Assembly: GCA_051294905.1 (NCBI GenBank) | Contig: CM119379.1 | Span: 20,274,001 to 20,338,000 of the forward strand | Direction: 5' to 3' | Origin: Botryllus schlosseri | Lineage: Eukaryota | Length of the DNA stretch: 64,000 nt | Shown here: positions 15,501-28,500 of the stretch, one piece after another | Layout of the letters: each line of letters opens with the position of its first letter | How positions within the stretch are numbered: position 1 is the first letter of the stretch | Position numbers and translations under genes: made by a program | The notes under the pieces: model-generated | Told to the model about the DNA's origin: nothing | The model's database searches: none | What the model saw: the letters and a program-made list of their open reading frames with translations, nothing else

Positions 15501-16362
15501 ATCATAGAAAAATTTGTTGACTTAAAATACTGACCTGGGCTTTCACCGATCCCAGTACTTTATCATGATAATCCTTGGCTGAAAAAGCAATCGTTAGGAA
15601 CAGAAATTGTAGATTTTCGCAGAAACCCATTTTAATAACACACTCCCCTATCTCTATACTATTGACAATAATACTTACGTGAATTTTCATTCACCTCCAG
15701 TGGTCCCATTCTGTAAATATGAGTTTTTCCGCAATCCCAATAATGTCCACTTTCTGTAGCTATCGTTAATTCTTAATGTATGCGTAATTACGATTCTACT
15801 AGCATCATACTGTTTTTTGACCCACTGTTATACACCAGCAGCCCATGATTAGTAACCAAAGAGTCTTAAAGTAGCGTCCACGACTGCGGACTCGAAATGT
15901 AAACAGATCCGACTCATTTTTTCTTCTGCAATATTTCTCTTTTTTTTTGTTTTGGGGAATCTGGCATCCGTAACGATAAGGCTGTCATTGAAACAACAAA
16001 ATTTGTCGGTGAAAGTAAGATATCGGCAATTGATGTACATTTGAACAGCTTCTTGGAGGTACAGAACTTCAATATGCAATGTACATTTACAAGCACGGTA
16101 TTTATAAAGGCTCTATTATAAGTGTACAATCTGGAATTAATCTGAATATAGAAGGCGCACAGGTACAAGTCGTAGTTTACATCCGTAAGGTGTCGCAACA
16201 GGACCTGTCGGGGCCGTAAACAGAGTCGTGAAGACCAAAGAAAAGAGAGAAAAATTTCTTGTTTCTTCTATTTTGACCAAACGAAATACCTCCGGTTGAC
16301 GGCATGCTACCGAATGTGCTGATATCTTTAGCATTGAGTTGATGGTGTAAATGCCGCGGCAT
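547..16362 (-). CDS. SGSM1/SGSM2: Small G protein signaling modulator 1/2-like (RUN, PH-like and TBC Rab-GAP domains), multi-exon; 3' exons continue left of position 1
   Basis: GT-AG exons translate to SGSM motifs: MPRH..STG (16290-16362); [14 protein letters not shown] (~15535-15580); [18 protein letters not shown] (~14610-14690); [30 protein letters not shown] (~13140-13245); [15 protein letters not shown] (~11720-11890); SYWEYA..YLHCH (~8020-8080); [16 protein letters not shown] (~7775-7950); [10 protein letters not shown] (~7230-7350); [27 protein letters not shown] (~4430-4620); [17 protein letters not shown] (~3440-3650); [14 protein letters not shown] (1174-1338); [16 protein letters not shown] (547-702). 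Confidence 0.93.
3984..4210. mobile_element. hAT-like MITE with AAGTA-rich interior; related remnants at ~26200-26275, 31540-31830, 37850-38036 and 49000-49199
   Basis: Starts CAGAGGAGGTCA and ends TACTTCGTTACTGACCATCTGTG, versus TACTTCGTTACTGACCACCTCTG at ~49177-49199. Internal AGGCCTAGTTTTGCCTGAAAA-like motif is shared. No TSD recognised. Confidence 0.5.
10180..10260. mobile_element. hAT (Charlie-like) terminal fragment
   Basis: CAGGGGTGACCAAACTGCAGATCGCGAGCCGCATGCGGCTC resembles the CAGGGGTGGGCAAACT..CGCGGGCCGC end at 33156. Partner end not found. Confidence 0.5.
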
Positions 16363-16547
16363 GGACGAGCGTTCTTGATCTCAGTGGTCTGATGTAGCCT
16401 ACGCGGGGTTTTGCGCGCTCTTCGTGCGGCAGAATGTATCTTTATGCTCGACCTGATGAGCGTTCGTAATTCTTACGATGACGTGACTGTTAATGAACTT
16501 GACCTAACCTAATATAATCCAGTCTCTTCCCTGTAGGCTTATAAATA
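16363..16547. promoter_or_regulatory. Compact bidirectional promoter region shared by SGSM (minus) and TRPM (plus)
   Basis: Only 185 bp between the divergent ATGs (16362 and 16548). Locally CpG-rich (TTTTGCGCGC, GATGACGTGAC). An orphan acceptor TCTCTTCCCTGTAG ends at 16536. Confidence 0.6.
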
Positions 16548-19500
16548 ATGTCTGGAGCGTCAATGAAAGAGCTAAACGTCAATTATAGAAATGATGGCTT
16601 TGCGTCGCCGCCACCGTCAAGCACTGGAAAGGCAAGCCGCTGAAGCGCTGAAAGTAGAGGAAGGATCAAACGACACAGTAATGCTATACATCTTATAATG
16701 CATATTGCCTATCATTATGTTGTTGATTCTAACGCTACAACCATATTGTCAGGTAAAAGCTTCATGGGTTGAACTGAACTTCAGGAAGAGAGAATGTGTG
16801 AAATTTATACCTTGTGGCGAAGGACTACAAAAGTATATTTTACATGTATTCTACGCGCGAATAGAATCTTATGAACTAGAATTGTTTAGGTGCGGATGCG
16901 GAAGATTGTTGTCTTCCCATGACCATCTTTACAAAGAGAAGGTACACTTGGATGAACAGAACGTGCGGCCAACAACCGTAACCCTACAAAATGAGCTGAA
17001 AGAAGCAAAGGGTGTAATTCGCGAACAAAATGTGTCTAGCTTTATACAAGTCAATGGCGAAGTGGGTATACCTAGCTGTGTATCAACAAGACTACACAAA
17101 AACAGGGAAATGCACGACCATGGGTAAGCAGACCTGAGTCATGAATGATTAAGAGTTGTTAAAGTTAAGACAGCTTGTTATTGTGGTTGCGATCGATGCA
17201 GACCGGTACGATACATATATAAAATTATCCAACAATCACATGTGACTACATCTGAATCAATAAATGAGCTTAGCCTGCTTGTAAGTTGATACATGTCATT
17301 GAAGTCAATTACATATGACAATATCCCTGATTGGAATCTCCGTCCTTTTTTTGAAATAAATCCTGCGTGATAGAAGCTTTTTTCCGCGTGACAGAGTCAA
17401 CTTTGCGGCGTGACAAGCCAGGTTACTGACTTCAAATGACTGTGTTAAGCCAGTGGCAGGAGATCAGATGGTAATGGTTAGCAACTGGTAAGGTGCAAGT
17501 ACCAACAGACAGTAATCAACAGATCCTGGCTCGAGGATTAGGTCAAAACATTATATACCACATACCAACTGGAATATAGCATTTGGGGTGGCTGAGAACA
17601 TTGACTTTTTTTCAATTTTTTTTAATGAAATCAACGACCCGTGGCGGCGTGACCGCGTGCAACTGGCGACCAAGTCGAGGTGATCCTGCGTGCCTTGGAC
17701 ACCGATTCCATACTGGACAATATCAATAACTTAAATTATCTTTTCACAATGGTTGCAGTAAAGTTCCGCAGTTGGTTACAAAGATCATTCTTTTGATTTA
17801 GGCTGGTTTTTCAGTGTTTTAGATCGCATTTCTAAGGAATATTAAATGCAGCCCAATATTCAACTTCAGATATTTGAACGATGCGAAATGGAATGCAATT
17901 CAACATACTTCCACTTTCCCTACTGACGCATTTGGAACACTGGAATACCAAGGCACTGGAGAGGGTGATAAATCTCAGGTATGAATAAGATAATAATATC
18001 CACATAGACTGTGTATATTTTGCAATATTTTCTGGTCTTCTGTTTGCTTAGGGGATATTCACCAGAGATGTTTTTTTTGCAAGCGTTACAATCTATTTGA
18101 TCACCATGCCAATAGGCTAACCTGGTCCTAAACTTTATATCGTGTGATGTGGTACGTAGGCCTACTTTTCAAAGTTGTTAGAAGGATGATTGCTTTATTA
18201 TCAAGTTACTCAGTAAATCGGGTAATATTCTTGAAGCGTTTTGACACTTTCAATGCCACGAATTAAATTCTTTCAAGAGAGTCTGGGAGGTACATTTCTT
18301 CAATATACAATTGAATAATATATTCATATTAAAATATTTTTGGAGTCAGGGGTAATTGTCAGCAACTGCGTCCATACTTTTTGATCATTCATATTAAAGG
18401 GGCACTGCACTCTAAAAATGATGTGGTCTCAAATTGAAGGGCGAAACGAAATAAAAATTTTGGCCGCAGCCGTTTTCTTCAGAACGCCATGGTAATGGAG
18501 CTGCAATTTATTGAAATCTCGATAGCAACTTCACGCTCCAGCAGTCACGCAGAGATCGAACTTTATATATTTGTCAGCCAATGCTATAAAGGAAATATTT
18601 CGTACCCGCCCTATGTCCTAAAGAAATAGAATACACTAGGCCCGATTTTGACATAAATCTCCTGACTGAACATCTTCCGTTGAACGCGGTATCTAAACCA
18701 CCTTGGCGAGTACGACATATTTTCTTCATAATATTGGCTGACAACGATATAAAGTTTGATTCAAAAATTTTATTTCGTTTTGCCCTTCAATTTGAGACCA
18801 CATTTTTAGAGTGCAGTGCCCCTTTTAAGCCTCTATAGAAATATGATATTGGCACAGCATAAGCAATCAAGCATTTTCCAGCACCTGTCATTATTCTGCT
18901 TGTTTTTCTGCAAAGCATATGTTATGCATCCGGAAGTAAAATATTATGCTATGCTTGTCATTATGACGAGGTCTACATTGTGGCAGATGTTCTACGCGGA
19001 TTTACTATAAAACCATAATCATAATTTATATGTCGTATCTAGACTGGTTGATATTTGTGTGTTTAATGGTTGACCAATATATGCTTTATGTAGATAATTG
19101 ATAAAATCTATCGATTGAATTATGGATTTGATCAAAAGTGTGGAAATAGCATTGATTGTAGTAGTTATCAATCACGATTTATATCAAAATGTCATCTCAA
19201 TTTCTGATCATAATTCTTAGTGCAAGAATGTTAATTTTTGGCATTTTATGATTCTCAAACAAATTTCTTAGACTGACGGCATGTTTATCTCGTTAATAGC
19301 AACCTTTGATGCCATGCCATGCATGAGCATTTGAAGAATTGCGGTATCTGCATTTTTCAGTACATACGATTAGCGCATGACACACCTCCAGACCTTGTAT
19401 TGCGTTTGCTCACGGAGGAATGGGGTCTTCAGAGGCCAAAGATGGTAATCACTGTGCATGGCGGAGTACATAATTTTCAGTTACAGCCGAAAATGCAGAG

Positions 19501-22500
19501 GTAGCCTAATCATTGCTCTAATCCCGTGTCAGTGGCTTGATTATATATTATCTCTATTCCAGGATTTTCTGTGACGGATTAATCAAGGCAGCTAAAACCA
19601 CTGGAGCATGGATTATGCTGTTTGGTCTTAATACAGGTGATTTCATTTCGGCTTTGGGTGTATTAACGAAATTGAGTGTGGTATTTAGTAAAGGCTAATC
19701 TTAGATGACATTAATACGGGTACGGCACAGTTGTTGATTACGAAATACAGTAATGACCCAACCACTATGGATATATTATTTCAAAACATACAAGGAATTC
19801 TACACTCTTGAGAACGACATGAAATCCCTACCTCCTTATTATAAGGTGAATAGTGAAGTAGGCTACTAAGTATTGGGAACTCCTATAAATTTTTGATGAA
19901 TAATTTGATAAGCATATAAAATGCCTTTTTCAACAGGTATTGGTTCAATTGTCGGAAACGCTCTGAAAGAGCACAAGGCACAGTCCCGGGGCAAAATCTA
20001 CAGCATTGGAGTTGCGCCCTGGGGAGTTGTTGCTAATAGAGAGGATCTTGTTGATTCACAGGTCAGTGATGATCGATTAAATTAGACAGATGAATGAATG
20101 GAATTACCTGTAGGAATCTGAAAGCGCGATGTTTGTTTGTTTGTACGTATCTCCATGGAAAAGGTTTTTGTAGTTATCTCCCATGGGAGAGAGATAGATG
20201 GTGACAGTGTGATTATACTGGACTCTTCAGTATAGCTGTTTATCTTTTGTCAGGCTATCAGTTCCTATCAAACCATGAGTGACCCGTTGAGCAAAGGCGC
20301 TGTTCTGAACGCTGCACACTCTCATTTTTTGTTGGTCGATAATGGGACCGAGGGAAAATATGGGACGGAGCTGAAGTTCCGGAGAAAACTGGAAAAGAAA
20401 ATTTCACTGCAGCCGATCAATCAAAGTACGATATGTCGTACGCTATATGTCGGTTTAATCTAGAAATTTTTGATTAGATTGAATAGTGAGATATTACAAG
20501 GTGGTTAGTATCCACTACGAAGTAATAACCTATTTATCACATCAATATTTATGCTGTGTAAACACCATTCAAAATTCGAAATTTGGACTTTCTGTACCTG
20601 TGATAGATGACAGTGACACAATGGGATTACCTGACTATTATAATGCAATATTTTAACTACTCCTGTTTTATTGCCATTTATTGACGAAGTGGCAATGCAG
20701 TTGGACCAAATTTTTTGTAGTTTTCATAAAGCTAAATTCTTCTGCATTCGTCGTTTATTCCTGTTGGGCGGAATGTGACATTTCCTTGTGAAATGAAACT
20801 ATCTGCATTCTGCACGGCATTTTATTTTGTAAAAATATTCTAATAATTTAGTGTCAGTTCTGTGCATGCATAGGATGGAGCACTTTTAGTTCAAATCTCA
20901 GTGAAATTTACATAATTGTCACTCTGGTTCACAGGGCGCAAACACACTATTGATGTAATATTCAAGTCTATTAGGTGTATGTCATTATGTTATCAATTAT
21001 AATGAGATGTAGTAGGTGTTAATCACATAATAACAGAGGCATTATGATATTGGATATGTGTAATTGTAAAAATTGACACCATTGACTGATATTTAATAAT
21101 TCTCCTATTTTAGAACATGGTGGGAAAATTCCTTTGGTGTGTCTTGTGTTAGAGGGCGGCAAGAATATGATCAATGTTGTTTTGGAGAGCGTTCGCCAAA
21201 ATCCCCCGATCCCCGTCATTGTGGTCGACGGCAGCGGCAGGGCCGCAGACCTCCTTGCGTTTGCTCATCAGTATGCAGAAGACGATGGGTGCGTATCCGT
21301 TAATTAGCGCGTAATCGCATATAAAGTCTGCCGGGCCGTTGTGCCCAATGCCTAATTTCCTATGCATAAAAGATGTACAACCATGGCTTAATCGTTACTA
21401 AAGGTCAGTCGGTCATTTGAATGTTGACTACTTCTTTTGATTCTACAGTACCGGTAACTATTTCCGTCATTATTAATGGACAGGCATCTATTCTTTCTAA
21501 TTGGCAAGAGATAATTATTCCCTCAGCTGGAATACAATAATTAACCTTCTTGCTGACTTTGAAATTTTAGACTATTAATCTTCAATGTGAACTCATATGA
21601 TCAATCTGTTCGATATATATTATGGATTCAGTTAATTTACGTGTTCTGTTTTCATAATGGCAAAACAATACATTGAATTATCAAATTACAATGACCACAT
21701 ACCTTGTAATGCATTATTTGTCTATTTATTTTGTTTTCGAAAATCGATCCATGTTATTGATTGTTCAATTCTGTTTAGCACCATGATGGATGAGCTGCGC
21801 GTGCAATTTTTAATGACAATTCAAAATATATTTGCTTGTGAACAAGATCAAGCAAAAATCATTTATCTGACAATCATGGAATGTATCAAAAAAAGAGATC
21901 TCGTGAGTAGGACGCATAGTATAGTAGGATTTTGTTGATTGTTACCTGTAACTTCATTGGAACCAGATCACAATATTCCGGTTAGGACAAGGACAAAGTA
22001 ATCATAATGATTTGGATAACGCTATTCTTACTGCCTCCCTGAAAGGTAAGACTTCCCTTGTATAATATGGATGACATGTAATAGTTGTCTCCTCTAGGGA
22101 AAAGAACCTCGGCACCGGATATGCTCAGTCTTGCTTTATCGTGGAATCGAATTGATATTGCGAAGAGTCAAATTTTTGTTTATGGACAACAATGGCCTGT
22201 ACGTTGGTAATTAATGATGTGTATTACATGTCTTGACGGTGTGTGATACATACTTGACCTTCAAATTGAAAACGTGAATGCGTTCTATTTCATCTATTTA
22301 GCACCTTCTGTGTGTTGATTATGCGGAAGGACTTCTGATATCGCAACCTCATTAGTCTTTATATATATTTAGTCATTACGCTAGGTGTGATATTACGGTC
22401 ATGGATGGTGGTATTGGAAACTTAGTTGTTTACAGTGTTTGAGCCAAGCCCCAATGTCCAAAAGTCTAGTTATTAAGTCTATAGCAATGTCATTATTCTG

Positions 22501-25500
22501 AGTATCAAGTTCGGTTGTGGTTCTAAACTCTACCCTGAAACAGATATGCCCTACACCTGACTACCCATATGTCACAGTTGACTCTTTTCATAGTGATATT
22601 CAACCCTTTATGATATTGCATATTGTCTTCATCTGTCTGCATCGAAAGTGAGAAAGTTGGTCTCTGCACTCTGAATAAGCAGAACTCGAGCTATCAAAGA
22701 CCATTTATAATTCTTGATTGAAGTTTAACCCCTTGTTCTGCATCTCCCACTAACTACGGGCATATTATTTCCTCCTTGATCTATTCTGAGAGAAAGTCAA
22801 AATTTTTTCAGCATGTAAGCATATAATGGTGAAATTTTCTACTATGGAGGAGTGTCTACAAGCTAAACGTGGTTGGTGCTTTTCAGGTTCTATCTCTGGA
22901 GCAAGCAATGATGGATGCTTTAATTCAGGACCGCACCGATTTTGTGAAATTACTCATGGAGAATGGAGTCAGCATGCACAAATTTTTGACGATTTCAAGG
23001 CTGGAGGAACTGTATAACATTGTGAGCACTTTGTGACCATATAACAGCCTTGACAATTTTCTCAAATTCCTAGTTTTCAGAAACCTAAACAATATTTATT
23101 CTTTAACAGAAAAGAATGCCTATCCATCTGCTCTATTTGCTGCAAGACATCCGGAAAAATATCACTTATGGAACCCGTTTCAACCTAGTCGAAATTGGAC
23201 AGGTATTTCGATTGTCAGCATATCAACGAACTCTATCCACTAGATTTGGTGCTTGATAGCTTTGAATAAACAAAACACTATTAGTAATTGCGGACTGTGT
23301 ACATTTTGTACCTTTCTATGTTGCAAGTGGCACTTGTGCGCTTCCGATGCCATAACTTTATAATTTCAAAAAGTAACTTGTTTCTAGGTAGTTTAACGAA
23401 AATATTTTAAAGACATAGACTCTTATTCTCGTTAATACTGATGTAAGCATATAGCACAGTTGCCTATGTTTGATCCGAGCTACTTGATGAATATGATTAG
23501 AGGAAGTCGTTCTATGACAAGTGTATTCAAAGTAGCCAATAAGTGCCAGACTTTGGTTTCACATCGACTTTGTCAAAACTCTGCAATGACAATGATAAGT
23601 ATGTATACAACTCTGCTTGTTAGTTGCTACCACCAGCGAGTTCGCAGCTCCTTAGTTTACTCATAAAATGAAGACACGTTATGGTTTGTAGTTTTGGATA
23701 TATTTCCTGCTATGACACAGACTCTTTAGGAAGACATGGTCATGGCAGTTACATCCAACACCCGAATTTCTTCACTGATATAAACCTCTACTTGGCCGGC
23801 TGCAGCAGGCTATACATTTGTACTCCCTAATTTATTAAACAAACTTGTGGGATGTCGTATGCTAGCGCAATGCATGCGCTTACACAGCTGCGCTTACACA
23901 GCTTTTTAATTGTAATCCAGAAAACCCAGGGTAGGGGGAGTTGTGCTACAAATTTCTTAGTTCTCTGGAGGCTACATCTGATCAATGATTGTATAAATGC
24001 CGCGGCACGCTTAAAATAAAATCCATGATTGCATTCAGCTTGTGGAGTCTTTGATGGGTGGCGCTTATCGTTGCAATTACACGAGGAGAAGATTCCGTAA
24101 TTATTACGCATCTCAAACAAAAACAAGCTTGAAAAAACCGTCCAGCTTCTCGAAGCATTTGCTCCCTGCTAACCTGTCAAAGCATGATGTAAGTAGCTAT
24201 ATTATTGGTGATTTTGCCAACACGTTTACCACTGCTTCATGTCTGGTTTGTATGTCAAGATGTCTTCCTACGGCAATGAGATGAGCACCCTCGGATCGAC
24301 GAAGAAATGCGAAGCTGAAGCAAAAGAAAGTGTTGTCATGTCGTGCGTCTCGCAGTATCCCTTTCATGAGCTCATGGTGTGGGCAGTACTTATGAAGAGA
24401 CAAAAGATGGCGCTTTTCATGTGGCAGCATGGTGAAGAAGCTGTTGCTAAGGTAGGAGCTGGAACGGTGTAGCGTAGGTATCTAATTCACGCTCTCTGTC
24501 AATCAGTTAGGCTCAAGAAACTGGTCATTAGAATGGAAACCACTTCGTTACATTGTCATGTTTGTTTTGAAATATACAATTGGGGATTCTTGAGGCTGCT
24601 TATTGGTATCCTGGGCTGGGATTCTTGAGGCTGCCTATTGGTATCCTTGATTTATAGGATGATTTGGACAGTCAATTCCTAATACCCAGAGTATCTAAAA
24701 TCTTATTATAATTTAGGACATTCTTTTTGTGTGAATCAGGGTTTCTTTGCAACGAAACCAGAAAACTAGATGCTTTGAATATCTTTATCTCCTATCCCCA
24801 TATAGAACTGTCTCCTTGCATAGAAAAATTTAGTGTTCTCGTTCATTCGAATTGAAAATGTTGTAAATTATCTTGATATTCCCTTTGCAGTGCGACTTTC
24901 AATTTTGAATGCGATTGGATTCAGCTTTTGTATTTCTTATATTTGCTTCTCTACATTAGTGTTTTGCTCGTAGCTTTGCCAACATGTAGACATTACTCAT
25001 GAATATGGTGTACTTAGATCATTTAAAGTTTGGGTATGTTTACAATGTATAGTATTTAGTCATGTTTCCGTCTATTCTAAGATGGAGTCGAAGAGGTACC
25101 ATTCTTAGGTACTATTGGTCCTGACATTCAAGTATGAAGCTGAATTTTTCCATAGCGATGTGCTGAGTCTGGTAAACTGTGCAATGATATAGTCATAGTG
25201 CATAATTCCTATGACTCAGTTTTACTGGAAAGTAAGTATCAACATCAACTGGAGTCACACTTATGCATATATTTCCTGAATGACCATGGTAGCAATATGC
25301 AAGAATCCCTTGGTTTATTCAAAGTTGAATCGCATGTACAACAACAGGTGAATCGTTTTGTCCCAATTATTGTTTGCAGACCTGTGGACGAATAATTATA
25401 TAATTTGTGATCATACTTGAAATTTCTGCTCCAGGCGCTGGTTGCTGCCAAGTTGTATAAAGCAATGGCTCACGAAGCTGCTGATGATGAATTAGAACTG

Positions 25501-28500
25501 GAAGAAATGGAGGAATTGAAGAAGTATTCCAGGTAATATGGTCATTTCAATAGGTTTCCGATTTAGTTCTACAACGTGCCCGATTTGCCCAGCGAATTCT
25601 GCGACATCGCCACCAAACTGCTGGAAATATGCTACCGAGCCGACACGGACGCCACTCAACATTTGCTGACGTACGAATTGAAGCAGTGGAGCAAGCACAC
25701 CTGTTTGAGCCTGGCCATTGCCGCGCAACACCGCGACTTCATCGCGCACCCGTGCTGCCAACTTCTTCTCAACGACTTGTGGATGGGCGGGCTCAACGTG
25801 CGCAAGAATTCTAGCTTGAAGGTAAGCCGTTTAGGTGATGTAAAATGAGATTTACAGAACACTTAACCGATGCCGCAATTAGGTTGGATTTGTAGGTTAG
25901 GGTTCCACACACTGCTCGACACGAAAGCATCGATACCAAAAATGGGATCCTTAATGATTGTGAATCGTGAACAGTGCCTGAGCCGGGAGGCTTGACAAAT
26001 CCAACAATGTTTATGGTAAATCTGACTCTAAACAGGTGGAAAATCGCGGAATATTTGATGCTGATCAAATTTTAATCGATTGTAATCCCTGTATAATCAC
26101 TCCCTACCTGAATGATAGTACTGAAGCAGATTTCCCTGTTTACACTCCTTACTCTACTGATTATGATATTAGACTAACTACTCGACAGGTTTCATTATTT
26201 AGGCCAAACTAGCCCAAATTTACTTGCGGTTTTACTTACTCGGAAATTGCTACTGCTACTTGCACTCGAGTAGTAATGTCCTGGGTTGTAACCAAGTTAC
26301 AAGGTTCCGAGTCACAAGTCAATGTCACTTTTATAGTTTTGAAAAGTTGAGTCGTTTTCAATTCAAAACCGAGTCAAGTCCAAGTCACGTAGTAGAGTGT
26401 CGAGTCCGAGTTTGAGTGTTTGGACTCGAGTCCGAGTCCAAGTCATTGTGTTGACTGCTCAGTTTCCAGTTCAAGTCTTGAAAAGCCCGCTCTTTATAAC
26501 TCTGTTTGGTGATATCGAATGGTTCGCATTTACAATATGCCAATTTCCTCACTTTTAGCAGTTTCTGGTCGCATTTTCAAGTACCAGTCTCAATAGACGA
26601 AATCCCGATATTGTGGTGGTATTTTGAGAAAATGACTAAAGTCGAGTCATCAGAAAATCGTGACTCAAGTCCCTCGAGTCGAGTCATTACAACCCGGATT
26701 TGTATTTCCGCTCGAGTTCCAACCATGACCTCTTGACCGTCCTGATCGCGCTCTCGAATATTTCCAGATCATTCTGGGCATCGTGTTCTTCCCGTCGATC
26801 GTCATGCTGCAGTTCAAGTCCCTGGAAGAGCTCAAGCTGATGCCCCAGACTGCGGAGGAGTACATGGACGACAGGAGCGACGTCAGCTCGGTTTCGAGCT
26901 CATCATCGTCACTTTCCTCGACATCATCTTCGTCCAGTTCCAGCACGTCCACGAGTTCTTCTTCAGGGCTACAGGCACGACAATGGTTTGGCTAAAAGGT
27001 TACACTCTGTGAGCGCCCTTTTTTTCATTCTATCGCAGAGGAAGCCTGAAGTTGTTGGTCGGGGCGTGAGCGGTTGGGATGATCCAGATCGACTACCCAA
27101 AGACGGTTACTTGCAGCTCATGCTGCAGCACAAGCAGTTGTCCGTCGGGAAAAAGTTCTACGAGTTCTATAACGCTCCCATTACAAAGTTCTGGTTTCAC
27201 ACGATATCGTTCAATGCTTTCTTGCTCACCTTTACTTACGTTATTTTGGTGAGTATCTCTGTCTGATGTATTTGGTAATGGCTGGCAAGGATTTCTCGTT
27301 GTTTTCTAGGTTAAGATGGAGTCCGCGCCTTCTGTTCCTGAATGGTTCATTGTGTCTTACGTGTTCACTATGTTTTTGGAGAAGGTTTGTTTTGAATGCT
27401 TAGTTCAAATTTTATAGAATTACAAATTGGCTTATGTGCTTGATGATTAATCATGTCTGTGCTCAATGTCAGCACGATATTCATATTGAAATAAACCCTA
27501 ATATTTTCGACGCACGCCGGTCCGGGCTGTCGTTGTGAGTGGCAGTGCATTCTTTCATTTGTGTGCCTTGGAGTCAACATTCATCAAAATACACGAACCT
27601 AGTTTGTGCCAACAAGACGAGCACATGCATAATCTAAAAATAGTACCTTGAGATTAAGCCATCTGTTTGCCTCGGTTATTCAAATTTTCGTGCCTGTAAC
27701 GTCGTATTTGGCGATGCAATTCTTGGTATACAATGTTCTTTTCCATTCTCAACTAATCGCAGACTATTCCCCCTAACAACCGTCAGCTTAAAATATTTGG
27801 GTGTATTTTAATATGAATATACTATTCAATATTGAAGCTTGGTATCTCCAAGAGTGTCCTACAATTCACATATGTCTTTGCAGTTAAGAGAAATCGGAGC
27901 TTCTGAGCCGAGTGGTGTGTACAAGAAGATGAAACTGTGGTTGGGGCAATTCTGGCATTTCGTTGACATGACTTTGATCCTGTTATTTTTCGCTGGCTTT
28001 GCTTTGCGTATGAGTCAAGACAGCCAACTTTTGAGCATCGGGAGAACTTTCTACAGCGTTGATGTATCCTTATGGTATATCAGGTTGCTGAATATATTCA
28101 GGTAGGAATAAGGAGATGTCGTACGGGTGCTTGTCTGCATTACTTGAGTAATACTTTCGCTTTATCACCTGATGAAGGAGCAGAGCTCCGAAAGCTCGTG
28201 TAACTATAATAAAGTAATATTCATACAAGTGGACGTTAAACAGGGTGTGGAAGCTATCAAGGTCTCATGTTTATATATACCGTCTGCTATCGGCACAACA
28301 ACGTATTTGAGTAATACAGTAGAATATGCTGATAGTTCTATCAAACTTAGTACGAATAGAACATATAAACGAATATAACAAAACCTATAGTACAATAGAG
28401 TTATGTGGTTAGGGAAATAACTAGAAGTATCTCGGTGATACCGCTCGCAAACCTGTTGTGGGTATGGTCATTAACCATTGTTCTAAATTATCATTCTATG

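Noticed and set aside
16450-16490. Hammerhead-like CTGATGAG in the bidirectional promoter
   Set aside because: No stem II-GAAA or stem I pairing.
25885-26005. 11-bp inverted repeat GTTGGATTTGT / ACAAATCCAAC as a MITE
   Set aside because: No TSD and no second copy in the window.
26215-26700. CRISPR-like or satellite array
   Set aside because: The GAGTC repeats are irregular subterminal motifs of a MITE; there is no repeat-spacer periodicity and the context is eukaryotic.
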